A DNA stretch of 63,850 bases, filler included, from Octopus bimaculoides (Eukaryota): NCBI RefSeq assembly GCF_001194135.2. It is 6 parts of 6 records of this genome, joined end to end, with 100 filler letters (N's around TTAATTAATTAA, not from the genome) between each part and the next. Parts side by side here need not be neighbours in the genome. Positions count along the whole stretch, not along the records: positions 62,779 to 63,850 come from NW_026306972.1; 5 more parts are not named here. One strand, given 5' to 3'. The first letter of the stretch is position 1; the number at the start of each line of letters is the position of its first letter. Position numbers and translations under genes: made by a program. Shown here piece by piece: positions 62,880 to 63,850 of the stretch. Below the pieces are notes generated by a model that was given only the letters and a program-made list of their open reading frames with translations, searched no databases and had not been told where the DNA came from.

Positions 62880-63190
62880 AAATAAATGTAAGAACTGACT
62901 GTGGACAAGATTTCATGTCGTTCGATTATAAATAAATTAAAAATAACTATTAAGTACATCAGCAATGAGTGAAAAATATGTAAACACACAAGAGATAAGT
63001 ACAGGACAAAATAACAAAAAAAACAAAAAAACAAACTATAGGACATCACCAACGAGTGAAAAATACATAAACACATAATGAAAAACAAGTATGGGACAAA
63101 ATACCAAAAGAAGTTTAACTCCTTCTTTGTTGTCAACTGTTTAATATTCCCTATTTCAAGCTTTCAATGGCAAGATAGGAAAACTTGAGA
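62880..63190 (-). mobile_element. Retroelement 3' terminal remnant related to 18850-19110
   Basis: Shared TATAGGACATCAC and GACAAC.AAGAAGG blocks. Confidence 0.4.
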
Positions 63191-63234
63191 CAGCAGCATC
63201 CAGAATTTTTTTAAAAAGTATATATATGTATTCT

Positions 63235-63615
63235 TTTATTCTTTTACTTGTTTTAGTCATTTGACTGTGGTCATGCTGGAGCACTGCCTTTAGTTGAACA
63301 AATCAACCCCAAGGACTTATTCTTTGTAAGCCTAGTGCTTATTCTATCGGTCTCTTTTACTGAGCTGCTAAGTTATGGGGACATAAACACACCAAGATTG
63401 GTTGGCAAGTGATGATGGAGGGACAAACACTGACACATATACACATACATATACAATGGGCTTCTTTCAGTTTTCGTCCACCAAATCCACTGACAAGGCT
63501 TTGGTTGGCCTAAGGCTATAGTAGAAGAAACTTTCCCAAAATGCAATGCTGTGGGACTGAACCCAGAATCATGTGGTTGGGAAGCAAGCTTCTTACCACA
63601 CAGCCATTTCTGCAT
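63235..63615 (-). mobile_element. Abundant SINE, near full length
   Basis: Homologous to 14526-14952. Confidence 0.85.
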
Positions 63616-63850
63616 GCACTCAAAGCAATGACTAGTAACATTACGAAACCGGTATGCTTTTGAATCTCTCTAACAACTCAATAATGACTTTTATTACTTT
63701 TATTCCTACCTCAGTTCATCTAAGTGTATATATCTATCGTTACTTTTCCTAAAAAGCCTTTACTCTTTTTGATCTTTTTGATTTCCAATGTGTATTTTCT
63801 CTTATTTTTCTTCTTACTTTCCCCTTAGATTTCCACGTGTAGTTTCTATT

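Overview
AT-rich eukaryotic DNA that is almost entirely transposon-derived. The SINE, RTE and Penelope families and the microsatellite load suggest an octopus or other coleoid cephalopod; this is an inference. The assembly is a draft. Five 100-bp spacers carrying TTAATTAATTAA split it into six segments that may not be contiguous, and many 10-N gaps have duplicated flanks. The only convincing host gene piece is the first coding exon of an SLC22-type organic cation/anion transporter (minus strand, 42790-42980). The rest is decayed RTE, CR1-like, L1/Tx1-like, R4/Dong, HERO, Penelope, Gypsy, hAT, pogo, mariner and Helitron sequence, plus SINEs and MITEs. The most interesting items are: (1) a TSD-bounded non-coding ~2 kb LTR element nested in a Gypsy 3' UTR, with a tandemly duplicated 32-nt tRNA-Trp-derived primer-binding site; (2) several families of hammerhead-ribozyme-like motifs in Penelope-type termini, the best at 53037-53085; (3) an ORF1-only (HAL1-like) L1/Tx1 derivative; (4) a Merlin-like MITE carrying telomeric repeats; (5) several long fold-backs; and (6) a 123-bp templated transposase slice.
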